Part shown: positions 26,534 through 38,738 of the stretch, one piece after another
How positions within the stretch are numbered: position 1 is the first letter of the stretch
Layout: every line of letters starts with the position of its first letter
Assembly: GCA_047495785.1 (NCBI GenBank)
Contig: JBLDXI010000033.1
Location: 2,232,001-2,296,000, forward strand
Origin: Lepidodermella squamata
Taxonomy: Eukaryota; Animalia; Gastrotricha
Length of the DNA: 64,000 nt
Direction: 5' to 3'
Program-made: the position numbers and the translations under genes
The notes under the pieces: generated by a model
The model's input: only the letters and a program-made list of their open reading frames with translations
Told to the model about the DNA's origin: nothing
Database searches by the model: none

Positions 26534-27542
26534 TTGTGCATTGGTAAAGATACAGATCTATCGAAAATATAAAAAAATAAATATGAATCAGGGACGCCTA
26601 GTCAGAAGACAGAAGAGTCTCCTTCGACTGACGTATAAGTATAATCAATAAAATTCATAAGTCATTGACAATTAGGACAAATAGATACTGCGTCAAAAAT
26701 ACGTTATTAAAGAGGGGGTAACGTTCCACCCTTACTTCCAACTTCCAATCAATAATCAATCGATTGCCAGATCTCGTATAAGGGTTAGGAAGTAGGAAGA
26801 TGGGAAAACACCATTTAACAACCGGCAAAAATATCTTTCGCACAAAGAAAAGCTTACAGTGATTAAAAGTGAACAGTGACCTCAAAAAACTTCACAAGCA
26901 GAATAGGGAGCAGTTCTTGAGCTTCGGAAACATAAGGGTTAGGATCTCACGAGAACTTGTAACTGAGAAAAAATGAAAATCAAATGAAAAACATAACGAT
27001 TTAAAATGTTCACATTATTTTTTATTTTAAACTTGCAAAATTTAAAGAAAAACTTGTTTGAATCTAAGATTATAATCTCAGTAGAAAATTCGACCTTGAC
27101 TCATAATAAGTTTAATTTAACGATTTTTTATCTCCGTCTAAGCCAAGTTTTTACTTCAGGTAAATCGTCAAACCATGTTCCAAGTTTATGTTGTGTAGGT
27201 TGTATTTTGGATATTTTGGACTTAGCTGCCAGTTTGCAATGAAGCATTCAATAAACTTCTTGTTAAATACAAAAGGCTATCCGATTTGAACTTTTATCTA
27301 GAGAAAAACCTGGTGTCTCTATTCAACCGTTGGCGTGCATCTCCAAGCTCTTAGTTGTTTGGTTCAATCCTAGCAAGAAGACAAGATAGGGTGATGCATA
27401 AGGCGTGGCGATGCCGGCTTCAATTTCGCATATTACTGAGTTAGTAATTTTACATACTTTGCTATACTTCATGCTGTGTTCTTTTCTCTCATCTAAGCTA
27501 GTTCATCGTTTGACTTCATTAAATTTGTATAGGTTTTAAAGC

Positions 27543-30318
27543 ATGGGAGTATTAGATGGCGCATTGCGTAAATGGGTCAACTATGTCGTCGGTTGGGAGT
27601 TCAGATGGTTCGTGCTGGACACAGAGCTTGGAATATTTTCTTACTACTTATCCAGAGAACATCTGCGCGAGGGAAAGAAAAAAGATAGCATTTATATGAA
27701 GGATGCTAAGATTGGCATCGATGACGAAGATGAATGTCAGTTTTTCATCATCACTTCGAAAAAGAGGCTGTACCTCCAGGTAATTGCTCAGTTCATGTTT
27801 TGCACCACTTCAGATTTTTTGCGAAATGACTTGATTGTTTGGAGATTCTCTTAATCGTGCGAAATATAAACCAAATTTGTTTTTACAGGCAAGGGACTTT
27901 GACGAACGCGAAAAATGGGTTTCAGCATTAGAAGATGCAATTAGGAAGCAAACGCTCCCTAACTTGGACGCAGCAAAAACGTCATCGGAAATCGATCAGT
28001 TTACCACTAAAGTTCAAGAAGCTGACGCTTACCTTCAAATGCTAATTGAGCAGGCCAAAGAGCTGGATCGCCGAATGCGGGAAATGACCGATCCTGATGC
28101 CATAATGTCGCTGCGTGTCGTGAAGTCGACTCTTGATGAACTCATCGAAAGTGTCAAGCAATCCATTCTACATTTATTGATGGCAAGGGTGGGTGATTGT
28201 TTCTTACGGCTAACTTGTCTTTAAAATTTGATTCGTGTTTTAATAGCATTCATCAGTTGTAACTGATTCCAAAGATATTGCTGCCCTGAAAAGCTATGAC
28301 TTTATGACTGGAGGCGAAGAAGGACAACCTTCCGGCGCCGCATCATCGTCCGATCGGGTTAGACATTCCTCTGACCCTTCAACAATTATACCGGGGGCTG
28401 AACAACCTGCTGACGCAAGGTCCGTGAAGAGTGAGAGAACGCATTCCCCGTTGGACAATATTGGTGGTTCTGCGAGAAAGGGTACTTGAAATGCGAATAC
28501 TTTGATTTATTGACTTGAATCTTAATTTCAATTTACTAGACGAAGGCAGTCAGGAAGACTTGGTGAATAACGAATCCGAAGATGACTTTTTTGATGCCGA
28601 ATCATCGTCGCCGTCAAAAGATATCAATGAAGCGATGGCATCTCGAAATAGCAATACTCATCGTGTCAGCGAAGACGAGAGTGATGCGACTCCCGATAAT
28701 CCCTCGGATAGCCATGGTAAATTTCACGGCACAGGCAATCTAAATCTAGATGATCCCGCTGCTGGCCATCGTCGTTCTGGCAGCCAGCCGACGCCACCGG
28801 TTTTAATAACTGACGATTCAACGTTATATGACGAGCTTTATGACGATTACGATGATGAACAATGTGAGTTCTTGACTTTTTACATCTCTCAATCATTGTA
28901 TGAAACTTTTGTATTTTGCAGTGGAGTCGTTGGATCAACATGGAAGTCTCATTCGTCATCTGCTGTCTCAAGTTCGCATCGGCATGGACTTGACAAAAGT
29001 TGTGTTGCCCACTTTCATTCTCGAACGGCGTTCCCTTTTGGAAATGTTCGCTGACTTTTTCGCTCACCCAGACGTCTTTGTCGAGTTTGTTTTCAATTTT
29101 ATTTGTATTTTAATTGTGTTTTAAATATCTTAATTTTTCAGGGTTGCTGATAAAACAACCCCTCAAGAACGAATGGTTCAAATTGTTCGTTGGTATCTTT
29201 CAGCTTTTCATGCCGGACGGCGAAACCAAGTCGCCAAGAAACCTTATAATCCGATTCTGGGTGAAAACTTCCGTTGCTATTGGTCCTTGCCTCCAGCAAG
29301 TGCTTCAGCTTCTTCAAATTCATCGAAGGCCGAAAAGGAAATCGCTGCAGAAGTAGCTGCGGGGCCGATTCCTTGGGCTCGGCCAAACTGCTTAACATTT
29401 TGTGCCGAGCAGGTTTCGCATCATCCTCCCATTTCGGCTTTTTACGCCGAACATGCTGCGAAGCGGATTTCTCTAGAGGGCTATATTTGGACTAAGTCAA
29501 AATTTCTGGGCCTTTCTATCGGCGTCTACATGGTTGGACAGGCCACTGTCTGTTTGCTTGATCTCGACGAGCAGTACGTCATAACATTCCCCACTGGATA
29601 CGGCAGGTACTTGACTTTTAATGATCTATCGATTGTTTTTTATTACTTCATTTTTTCAGATCGATTTTGACTGTTCCGTGGATCGAGTTGGGCGGCACAG
29701 TTAATATCGCATGCGCCAAGACGGGCTACAGTGCGGCTATTGAGTTTCTCACCAAACCGTTCTACGGAGGCAGGAAACATCAGGTTTGTCCCCAGACGTG
29801 TATTCCTCTGCTTATTGATTTTTCGCGCGTTTGTTTGTTCTGTCACACAGGTCACAGCGAATTTATTCGACCCCGTCAATCCTCGCAAAGCATTTATGCA
29901 TATCGAAGGTGCTTGGAACGGCGTTATGTACTCAATAAACCCAGACGGTTCGAAAGAAGTTTTTGTCGACACATTAACTATGCCAATAGTCAAGAAAACA
30001 GTTCGTCCGATCGACGAGCAAGAGGAAATGGAGTCCCGGCGACTCTGGGCCGGTGTGACATTGAATCTAAAACGCCACAACGTGACGAAGGCGACTGAAT
30101 TCAAGCATACGCTTGAGCAAAAACAGCGAGAGGACGCTAATTATCGCAAAGACCATGGCGTGCCATGGACAACTCAATACTTCGATGAAATCGACGGTCA
30201 CTGGCTTTACCGGCGGTCGCTCCTCAACCGGCTTCGGGCCAAGTCCGCGAACGCTTCAAACGACTCCTCTCCAGGAGCGTCGTCACACAGCTCTGACAAA
30301 GTTCTTTCTTCGTCATAA
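27543..30318 (+). CDS. OSBPL9: Oxysterol-binding protein-related protein 9 (multi-exon)
   Basis: PH domain ([17 protein letters not shown]), FFAT motif [12 protein letters not shown] ([45 protein letters not shown]). Confidence 0.9.
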
Positions 30319-31253
30319 ATTATATGAAAGACAAAAGCATCCTTTGTGAAATTTAAAGCAGCCAATTTTGAGCTGTTCTCATTTATTTTTATGAAGATTT
30401 CTCCTGGAAAACAAAATTCATTACCTAATCGCATTCGCACTAGTGGAAACGCTTGATCTTTCTCTTGTAATTATAAAAATAAAATTATGCGTTTATTTCT
30501 AGCGGGAAAGGTTACCTCAACTCTGATAAACTTGATTCTATCATTTAATTCCAATCATTTAATCAACCTGAATTTTGCGACATTTGGTAGTCAATAAACC
30601 CCTTTTCTGCTTGTCAGTGTGCAATGATCACATTGTTAATTTGCAGCCCGTTGAATAATATAATAATTATTATTTGCTTATTTGATATTTTTGGAAACTT
30701 GAATTTGTAAAATTATTATAGCAATGCAAATACGCGATGGAGAGAAAGCGTTAGCATTCAGCCGATCAGTCGTTCTTTCTTCGCGTGTATGTTTATCCAT
30801 GTTCTTGCGCAGTTCTTAACATATGAATACATATACATATTTGTGAGTGATTGACAGTGCATGTTTTATATTTAAGATTTTTTCTCATTATATTGATTTT
30901 TCAGGCTCTCTTACTGTGCAGCACGGTTAGATGCAGAAAGCTTGTCAGCGCGCCATCATTACCTTATCGCTACTAATAGGTGAAGAAAATAATAATATTT
31001 TGATTTTCTGATTTGGGGAGAGAAAAAACGAGAAAAAACCACGTACGCACCTGAGCGTTGTCTCGAACAAAAATAAACAGTCAGATCGAGAAAAACTCAA
31101 TAATCGTGATTATGATGAAAAACATTGTTAAATTGAATTATGTGGAGGCAGTTTTGTTGTTTTCACTGTGCGCTCAACCACTTCAGCGGAAAGTAAAGTG
31201 TTTGCTTTTCAGAATTGAGTCATGTTTTTCTAATTTTTAGAATTAAATTGAAA

Positions 31254-31782
31254 ATGACAGTGGTTACTGGATTGATTCCTGCTCGTTTTCTTACGATTAT
31301 TGCTCATTTGGTGATAACTATAACGTTATTCTGGACGGTGGATGAAAGCGTGGCGTCATGCCTACCCATCGACTACATTCAGAGCGAATACAATTCTAAA
31401 AGGACAGAACTTATAGTTGCTTTGAGGTAAGATGAAGCAGTGTTGATTAGAAAAACCATGACTGTTGTCATTTATAGCCTTACGATAGTTTTCATTGTCA
31501 TTGAACTGCTTGGATTCATGTTCGGAGTTTCACTATTCATGCACCTTCAAGGATTGCTATGTAAGTTTTTTGTTGAATCGAACGTGATGATTAATTTTTC
31601 ATCGTTGATAATCAGCAACCTGCTGTCATACGAGCGGCGCGGTGGCCACGGCGTTCTTCATGTTCGAGACATGGCCGTGTTATTTTTACTGGTGGATCTG
31701 GGGATTCTGCTCGCTATTGCCTCTTTTAACTGAAGTCGGCGTAGCTATTTTCGTTTTTGTCATCCGGCGCACTTTGCTATAA
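31254..31782 (+). CDS. TMEM107: Transmembrane protein 107 (ciliary transition zone); exons 31254-31426, 31478-31560, 31616-31782
   Basis: GLIPARFLTIIAHLVITITLFW..CLP..IELLGFMFGVSLF..H..FETW..YWWIWGFCS matches the TMEM107 pattern. Confidence 0.88.
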
Positions 31783-32488
31783 ATCTCGATTTAATAACTC
31801 TAAAAATAATGCTCAATTTCAGCCTGTTTTCTTGCAGCACTTTTTTGCGATACAGCACGATCTCTCGTAAGGTTGTTTCCTCACGGCTGGGAAGTCAAAA
31901 GTTGATACTGTGATTTTTATCATCTCTCATCGTTTATTTACGGCCTTGTTTGCTGACGTTTTCATAATAATATTGACAATAAAAAGTCGTTTGTTGATCT
32001 TCCTGTTGTTAAATTCGTCTTCCTTCTAAAAGCGCGCTTTCCACGGCTCGGCTGCACTGATTTCTGCGTCTCGATATCATCGTTTCCTCTCGCTGTATCA
32101 CTGCGCGTATAATTCAATTTTCGTCTTCAATTTAAAGCGTCGGCTCGCCTCGAGTTGAATGCATGTATCGGTCACACAATTGGAATGCGGCCTCTTGACG
32201 CTGCTGCTGCTGGTCGCTAGGATCGCCAGTTGCCCAGTTTTAATACGCACTTGGCCAGGGTATTATTTATAATTGTCGTTCGGCGGTGAGCGCTTCCTTT
32301 TCCGCAGTCAGCTATCAATGACTGCGGCTGCGACTGGCCAATACGCCGCGATCGATAGCCGCGCCACAACAATAATGGCAATAATTATCGGCCTAAAGAG
32401 TTTCAGAAACAGAAAGACCTGCTTCCTTTAAATGCGCAGCGCAACAATCTCAGCCGCATTCTCTACCGTATTTGCCCGTGATTTGACA

Positions 32489-35400
32489 ATGATTCACCTC
32501 CTATTTCTACTTCTACCAACAGCGACAGGTTAGAAATTTATTCATTTCTCCGCCTTAATTAATTATTCTGTTCACGGGTATTAATTTAGCCATGTCGAGT
32601 CCTGGAGCTAATTTGACTTGCATTAACTTGAAGCAGTCTGTCGAAACGGTGGTGTTCGCGCGGAAATTTAACGACCCAGTCTCGACGCTCGTTGTTCGCG
32701 CTTCGTTTCCGAACAAAATTTTCGTTCAATGGAACACAACTTCATCGCCGTTGCTGGCCAGAAACGGCCGGAATAGCTTCATCAAAGTCACTGGCCGTGT
32801 TATTTCCCAAACCCATTTCTGGAAAACGGTTTACATTAATCCACCGATGGTTAAGCTGGAGCCATCGCGGCGGCAAATGATATCGTTGCTTGAAGATGAA
32901 GTCGATTTACCCCTCTCGAAACTGACTGTCGTGCTACAAATTAACATAACTGTCAATTCTATCGTTCGCCGGTTTTCGCGGACTTTAAATTACACAAGAA
33001 TTACGCGAGCGTCGCCGAATCGGTTTTCGTATAAGCTGCAGACGGTGGATTTGAGTGGAAGCCAGCACCTCTCAGTTAGCTGGTCGTCGAAAGCTTCTAG
33101 AGATACGGCGAAAAACGGTTCAAGTCGTTATTCGCAAACTACGAAATCATCATCTGCCGCAACTCTATTTCGCGTCTCGCCGAAAGCAGTTAGTTTAGGC
33201 AAAGGGGTTGCTAACTCAACGACAGCAGTTTTCAACCTAGAATCGCCTCTAGTTCCTTCGTCTCTACACCGGATTCGAATTGACGTTAAGCCGAATCCGA
33301 AAACAAAAATTATTGCATCCTGTCTGTTTCAAGTAAATAGCCGTGGGAAAATCTCAGCCAATGAGGAAGAGGCCTTGTTCGATCCTGATTTTTACTATCC
33401 TGATGTTACAAAGACCGTCGCGCCTTTTGTACCCACAGAGACTACGACGACCCAGTCAAGCGAGCCGATTTCGTGTAAAATCAAAGGCGAATCAGGCGCC
33501 TGTGATCAGTCGCCGCAAAACAGCGTGGCAATGGCGCCGGCCTTGATCAGTGACCAATGGCCGTGGTGTGCTGGCCCGGGTGAATGCCCAAGTGGAAATT
33601 CGAGTGCGCAACGCATCGTTCTGGTCCGGCGAGCTGCATTTCGTGGCAGCGACTATGCTGCTGTAAAATTAGCCTGGTTCCGAGTACCAGGCAACGCAGC
33701 TCTTTCGACACCAAACGAAGCGCCTGGTAACATGCCGGACGCAAATGGGCTAGACGGCGATGTTGGTTCGTTATTTTCCCGCGGAACTATTCAAAACGCA
33801 AATCAGTTGAATATCGGAATAAGCCTTCGATCACCCGCCAATATTCAGAAAAGTCAATTGCTTCTGGCTATGATGAGTTTCCAACAAATTCGAGCTCGGT
33901 CTTTGGTCGAAAGGCGAGTTGTTCGCGATATGTTGCTAGTAACTATCGATGGTAGTGAGTTGATCTTCAATTACCAAAGTTTATGCTCAAAAGGCCAGAT
34001 TGAGAGCGCTAGGTTGATGATCGGCCGGCCGAATTTTGCGAAAAAGCCGAAAAAACGGCGAAATACTAATAAACAACAGAGCAGGTCGATAATTCTGAAA
34101 ATCGACATAGCTCGCGATGTGTTTTGGTTTCGAAGTGTTGACCGTGACAAGGGCGTGAATGTCGTTTCAATCCAGCCTAATCGCGTTGTGCCGAGTGACA
34201 GCTTCAACCGATCTGATTTGCCACCGCTTTTCATGGACAACCAGGTCGACTGCAGCTCGGCTGGGAAGCCGCTTTCTACCATGTTCACTCATCTATACGT
34301 TGGCGGTTTGCCAGCTCATCTATTTGAAATGTTGAGCTTGCAACATTTCAGCTCGAATTTCACCGGTTGTGTTCGGCAGCTTGTCATAAATGGCCGGGCT
34401 ATGGTATGGCGCCCGGTTCGATACGGCGGCTTTGTCTCAGAAGCAACGGGTATTGCTGACTGTAACGCTCAAGTTTGCCAGAAGCGACCCTGCTCCGGGC
34501 CTCAAACTGTCTGTGCCCCTTTTTCGATGCGGCGGAGAACTTGCCTATGCTCCACCCTAACAACGAGAGCCACCTCAGTCGACGGACTGAGCGGTCAAAC
34601 ATGCGACGCTACGTCATCTCTTACCGGGCCATCAGTCAACTGGCTGCAGAAGGCCACGCTATTGCACGTAAGATGGACTGATTGTTTTAATTAGTTTCTT
34701 GTACTTGATCAATTGATGTTTTTAGTTCAACTCATTAAGCCACTTGGAAATGGCGTGGTCAGGCGTTTTCGTTCAAGAGGAATTTATTATTCGAATAAAT
34801 TTCAAGCCGACCACAGTGCAAGCTGGAGTGCTGCTGTTCGCGAAAGGCGACAGTGTAACCAATGGCGATTACTTCCTGCTGTACCTCGAGAACGGATGCA
34901 TCGTCTTGCAAATGGACCAAGGTGGAGGGCCTGTACTTGTTCGCACTAGACAAGGTAGGCGAGGGCTATTTTGAAACAATTAACCCTAATCAAGTGTAGC
35001 TTGTCAATCAAGAGAAAAATTAAGGAGGATTTATTTGTATTTTTGTCTCGTGTTTTTCAGCTGCAGTTTCCAAAGAGTGGAACTTGTTAGAAATCGCTAA
35101 AAACAAGTCGTTTGTCGCCGTCAAATTGAATACTGGCCGGCCCATCGTCTCAGTGCTATCGAGTGGTGGCGGAGCGAACAAATCAGTTGCTTCGGTCATC
35201 AATGTGCGAGACCCAGTGTATGTAGGGGGTGTCCCATTATTCTCACCCCTAGCGAGAAATGATCGCCTCGCTGGCTACTCGGGATGCATCGACCAACTTC
35301 AACTGAACGCGTACCGTTTGCAATGGTTGCCGCATGCGATTCGGCTTTTTGGGGTCACAACATGTCCGCATACATGCGACTCGAATCCTTGTAAAAATGG

Positions 35401-35512
35401 CGCGACTTGTGTTCCTCAGGGCGATTTTTACGTTTGTTTCTGCCGCCGAGGTTACTCCGGCTTCCAGTGTCAGACGAGTCTAATAAAATCTCGAATCGCC
35501 GCCCTTCCCTGA
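32489..35512 (+). CDS. Secreted laminin-G/EGF protein (pikachurin/EGFLAM- or agrin-like)
   Basis: Short signal-peptide exon; LamG motifs LYVGGLP..FTGCVRQLVING and VYVGGVP..YSGCIDQLQLN; EGF CDSNPCKNGATC..C.C..GYSGFQC. Confidence 0.75.
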
Positions 35513-35697
35513 GAATAAAAATCACGTTCACTCATCTATGTTCTCATTCTTTACTTATGCATGTCTCGTATTTTGCTGATCATGCCTTCATAAAATAAAA
35601 CTAATTTTTCAACTTCCGGATTTTTAAGAATTTTCTCATCTTTCTCTTAGAATTTGGTGGATTTTAATTTTTACAAAAATATTATAAGTTCAAAATA

Positions 35698-37243
35698 ATG
35701 CCTTCTTACAAAGGTTTGCTCTCGTTGATTAGCCCAATCTCGCGAGATAATTGCTCGATTTCTTTTTCCAGTGAAAGTGAAGTGGCAAAAACAGACACTG
35801 GAAGCTGAATGTGACACCGAAGAGCCGCCAATTGTTTTCAAGGCTCAGCTGTTCGCACTGACTAATGTGAAGCCAGAGCGCCAGAAGGTCATGCTGAAAG
35901 GTCAAACGTTGAAGGACGACGATTGGGAAAAATTCCCGATTTCAAATGGCGCAATGTTGATGATGATGGGCACTGTCGACGCTGAGGCGATGGAAGCTAG
36001 CGGCCCAATTGAAAAGCCGGTGTTTGTCGAAGATCTCAGCGAGACAGAGCGCAACAAGGCTCTCGCAATTCCGAGTGGTTTGAAAAATTTGGGCAACACT
36101 TGCTACATGAACGCAACAATTCAGTGCCTGCGTTCGATTCCTGAGCTGAAAAACGCTCTCATGCGATTCAACGGTTCAATTCTGACTGAGCCAGTCGGCA
36201 CTCAGGCAGTAACTGTTGGCATGCGAGAGTTGATTCGATCGCTGGAAAAATCCACCGGTTCAACAGTTACGCCGTTCGTTTTCCTGCAACTGATGCACGG
36301 AACTTTCCCGCAGTTCGCTACCAAGGGCGAGCAGGGCTTGTTTCAGCAGCAGGACGCTAACGAGTTTTGGGCTGAGTTGGTGTCGTGTTTGAAGCAGCAA
36401 CTGCCCGGTGTTGAACCTGCTACGGCTACGCAAATCGGCTCAGCCGCCGCGGCTGGATCGGGGAAATTCGTCGAACAGTACTTCCGCACTGACATTGAAA
36501 CAACCTTCAAGTGTTTGGATAAGGAGGCTGAAGGCGAGGCCCCGTCCACCTCGTCCGAATGCCTTTACCAAATGAGCTGTTTCATTGACAAAGACGTCAA
36601 GTTTTTGTACACTGGTTTGAAGGCTAGTCTCGAGGAAAAGTTGACAAAGCGCTCGCCTACGCTGAACCGTGATGCTCAGTACGAAAAGAAGGGCAAAATC
36701 ACGCGTCTACCCGCATATCTCAGCGTTCAATTCGTCCGATTTTACTACAAAGAAAAAGAGTCGATCAATGCCAAGGTGTTGAAGGAAGTTAAATTTCCGC
36801 TGTCTCTCGATCTGTTCGAGCTATGCTCGCCGGCTTTCCAGCAAAAACTTGTGCCGATGCGCGAACGCGTTAAGGCGGAGGAAGACCGCCGCCAAGAAGC
36901 GTTGAAGCAGTCGAAGTTGATGGAGGTTGACGGCAAGAAGGATGAGCCGGAGAAAATGACGACGCTGCCGTACTGGTTCCCGGAGGATACCGGGTCTAAC
37001 AACAGCGCCTTGTACGAACTTCAGGCTGTTCTCACGCACAAGGGCCGTGCGTCCAACAGCGGGCATTACGTCGCCTGGGTGCGAAGCAAGGGCGATTCGT
37101 GGTTCATGTTCGACGACGACGAAGTTTCGACGGTGACCTCGGACGACATTCTCAAGCTGTGCGGTGGTGGCGACTGGCATTCCGCCTACGTCCTTCTCTA
37201 CGGACCTAAAATTCTCGAAATCCCGGCTGATAAGCAGCAGTGA
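35698..37243 (+). CDS. USP14: Ubiquitin carboxyl-terminal hydrolase 14 (exons 35698-35713, 35772-37243)
   Basis: N-terminal UBL (VKVKW..FKAQLFALT.V.PERQKVM), Cys box GLKNLGNTCYMNA, QQDANE, His box SGHYVAW, GGGDWH. Confidence 0.96.
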
Positions 37244-37526
37244 ATACTGCTCGGCTACAATCGTCTATTCTAGCTTTTCGAGACTTGATTCGTTTGATAA
37301 AAACGATAATTTTTCCTATCAAATAGGGCGGTGAATTAAAGTTGAATTTGAATAACGTGTCCGTACTGTGTTAACTTTTTTCGGTGAAGAAATTGAAAAT
37401 TTCTCGATAAACATTTTGCTTCTAGTATAGCTGACAAAAACTGGTCTTGATGAATGCACATTAAAACAAGCTTTACAAGAGAACTTGATTTTTCTTATCT
37501 AGATCTGACATAATATTGTAATAAAA

Positions 37527-38470
37527 ATGGATTTGTGGATGGTCATGTGGCTTGGCCTGTCAATATGTACGCCAATCAGCATCATTTTCCTGCTATATTT
37601 CACATCTTTCGTGCTTTTCATGCACAAATTGATGCTGAAAACCTTTTCGAATAGTATGTCTCCTGACGTATTGATGGCACCGTTCCTAGCCCTCGTTCAT
37701 CTCTACGCCTTCATCGGCCGTGTGTGGCATGGTTTCAGCGTTGAAGGGATTGAAAACATCCCGAAAACCGGCCCTGCACTCCTCGTTATCTACCACGCCC
37801 CATTTCCGATCGATGTCTATTACATGAATGCCGAAATTGTCCTCCAGTGCCGCAGACGAGTGCGATTTGTCGGCGATCGATTTCTCAAACTTGTTCCGGG
37901 TTTTGGGTCCTTGCTCGAGGCGCTCAATATCGCCCCAATGACCAGTGAAGAAATGTGCCAAGCGCTTCGAGATAAACACATTGTGGCTGTTTCGCCTGGC
38001 GGGCTTCGCGAGGCGCTGTTTTCAGACGACAAATACTCTCTTGTTTGGAACAATCGAGTTGGATTCGCCAAAGTCTGGCTTGACACTTGCTCTGTGGTGA
38101 GTAACTACCTTAACATTAATCTAACTCAATTTTTCTATTTATTTTATTTTTTCAGCCAATTATCCCTATTTTTACTCGAAATGGTCGTGAAACGTTTAGA
38201 CCAATTTTTGCCAAACAATTGCGATCTCTGTACGAACGTTGCCGCCTGCCTGTTGTGCCTGTTCTCGGCGGTTTCCCGGCCAAGCTGACGACGTACTTCG
38301 GCAAACCGGTTGTGATTCCAGAATCGATTCAAAAGATGAAACAAGACGACCCTGAGGCAGCTGCTAAATTGGTTGCTGAACGAACCGCCGAGGCCATCGA
38401 GGACCTTATCAAAACGCATCAGCGACTTCCGCCTAGTATTATCGAAGCGATGAAAGATCGTTTCTGTTAA
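37527..38470 (+). CDS. TMEM68: TMEM68/DIESL acyltransferase (2 exons)
   Basis: WHGFSVEG.ENIP.GPALLVIYH....ID, SPGGLREALFSD..Y..W..R.GFAKV, P.LGGFPAKLTTYFG.P. Confidence 0.85.
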
Positions 38471-38738
38471 ATTAGTTGCCAAATCACTTATCTTCGCCAT
38501 GACAGTGAAGCCAAGATTTGATGCTATAATGTATAAAAATACAGCACCGATTCTTTCTTTTACTCGTTTGATAATGGATGCGTAACAAATTTTTATAATC
38601 AGGCATATGCTTCGAAGGGTACTATTTACTAATTATTTTTATGTTGTAACGAGTGTAATATTTCCTTGAAATATGGGCACTATAATGAGAAGATTATTTA
38701 ATAAATCGTTCTAAATTTGAATAGAATTTTTTGTTATC

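Noticed and set aside
31783-32000. U8 snoRNA, which lies at the 3' end of TMEM107 in vertebrates
   Set aside because: No convincing U8 5' end or C/D boxes found
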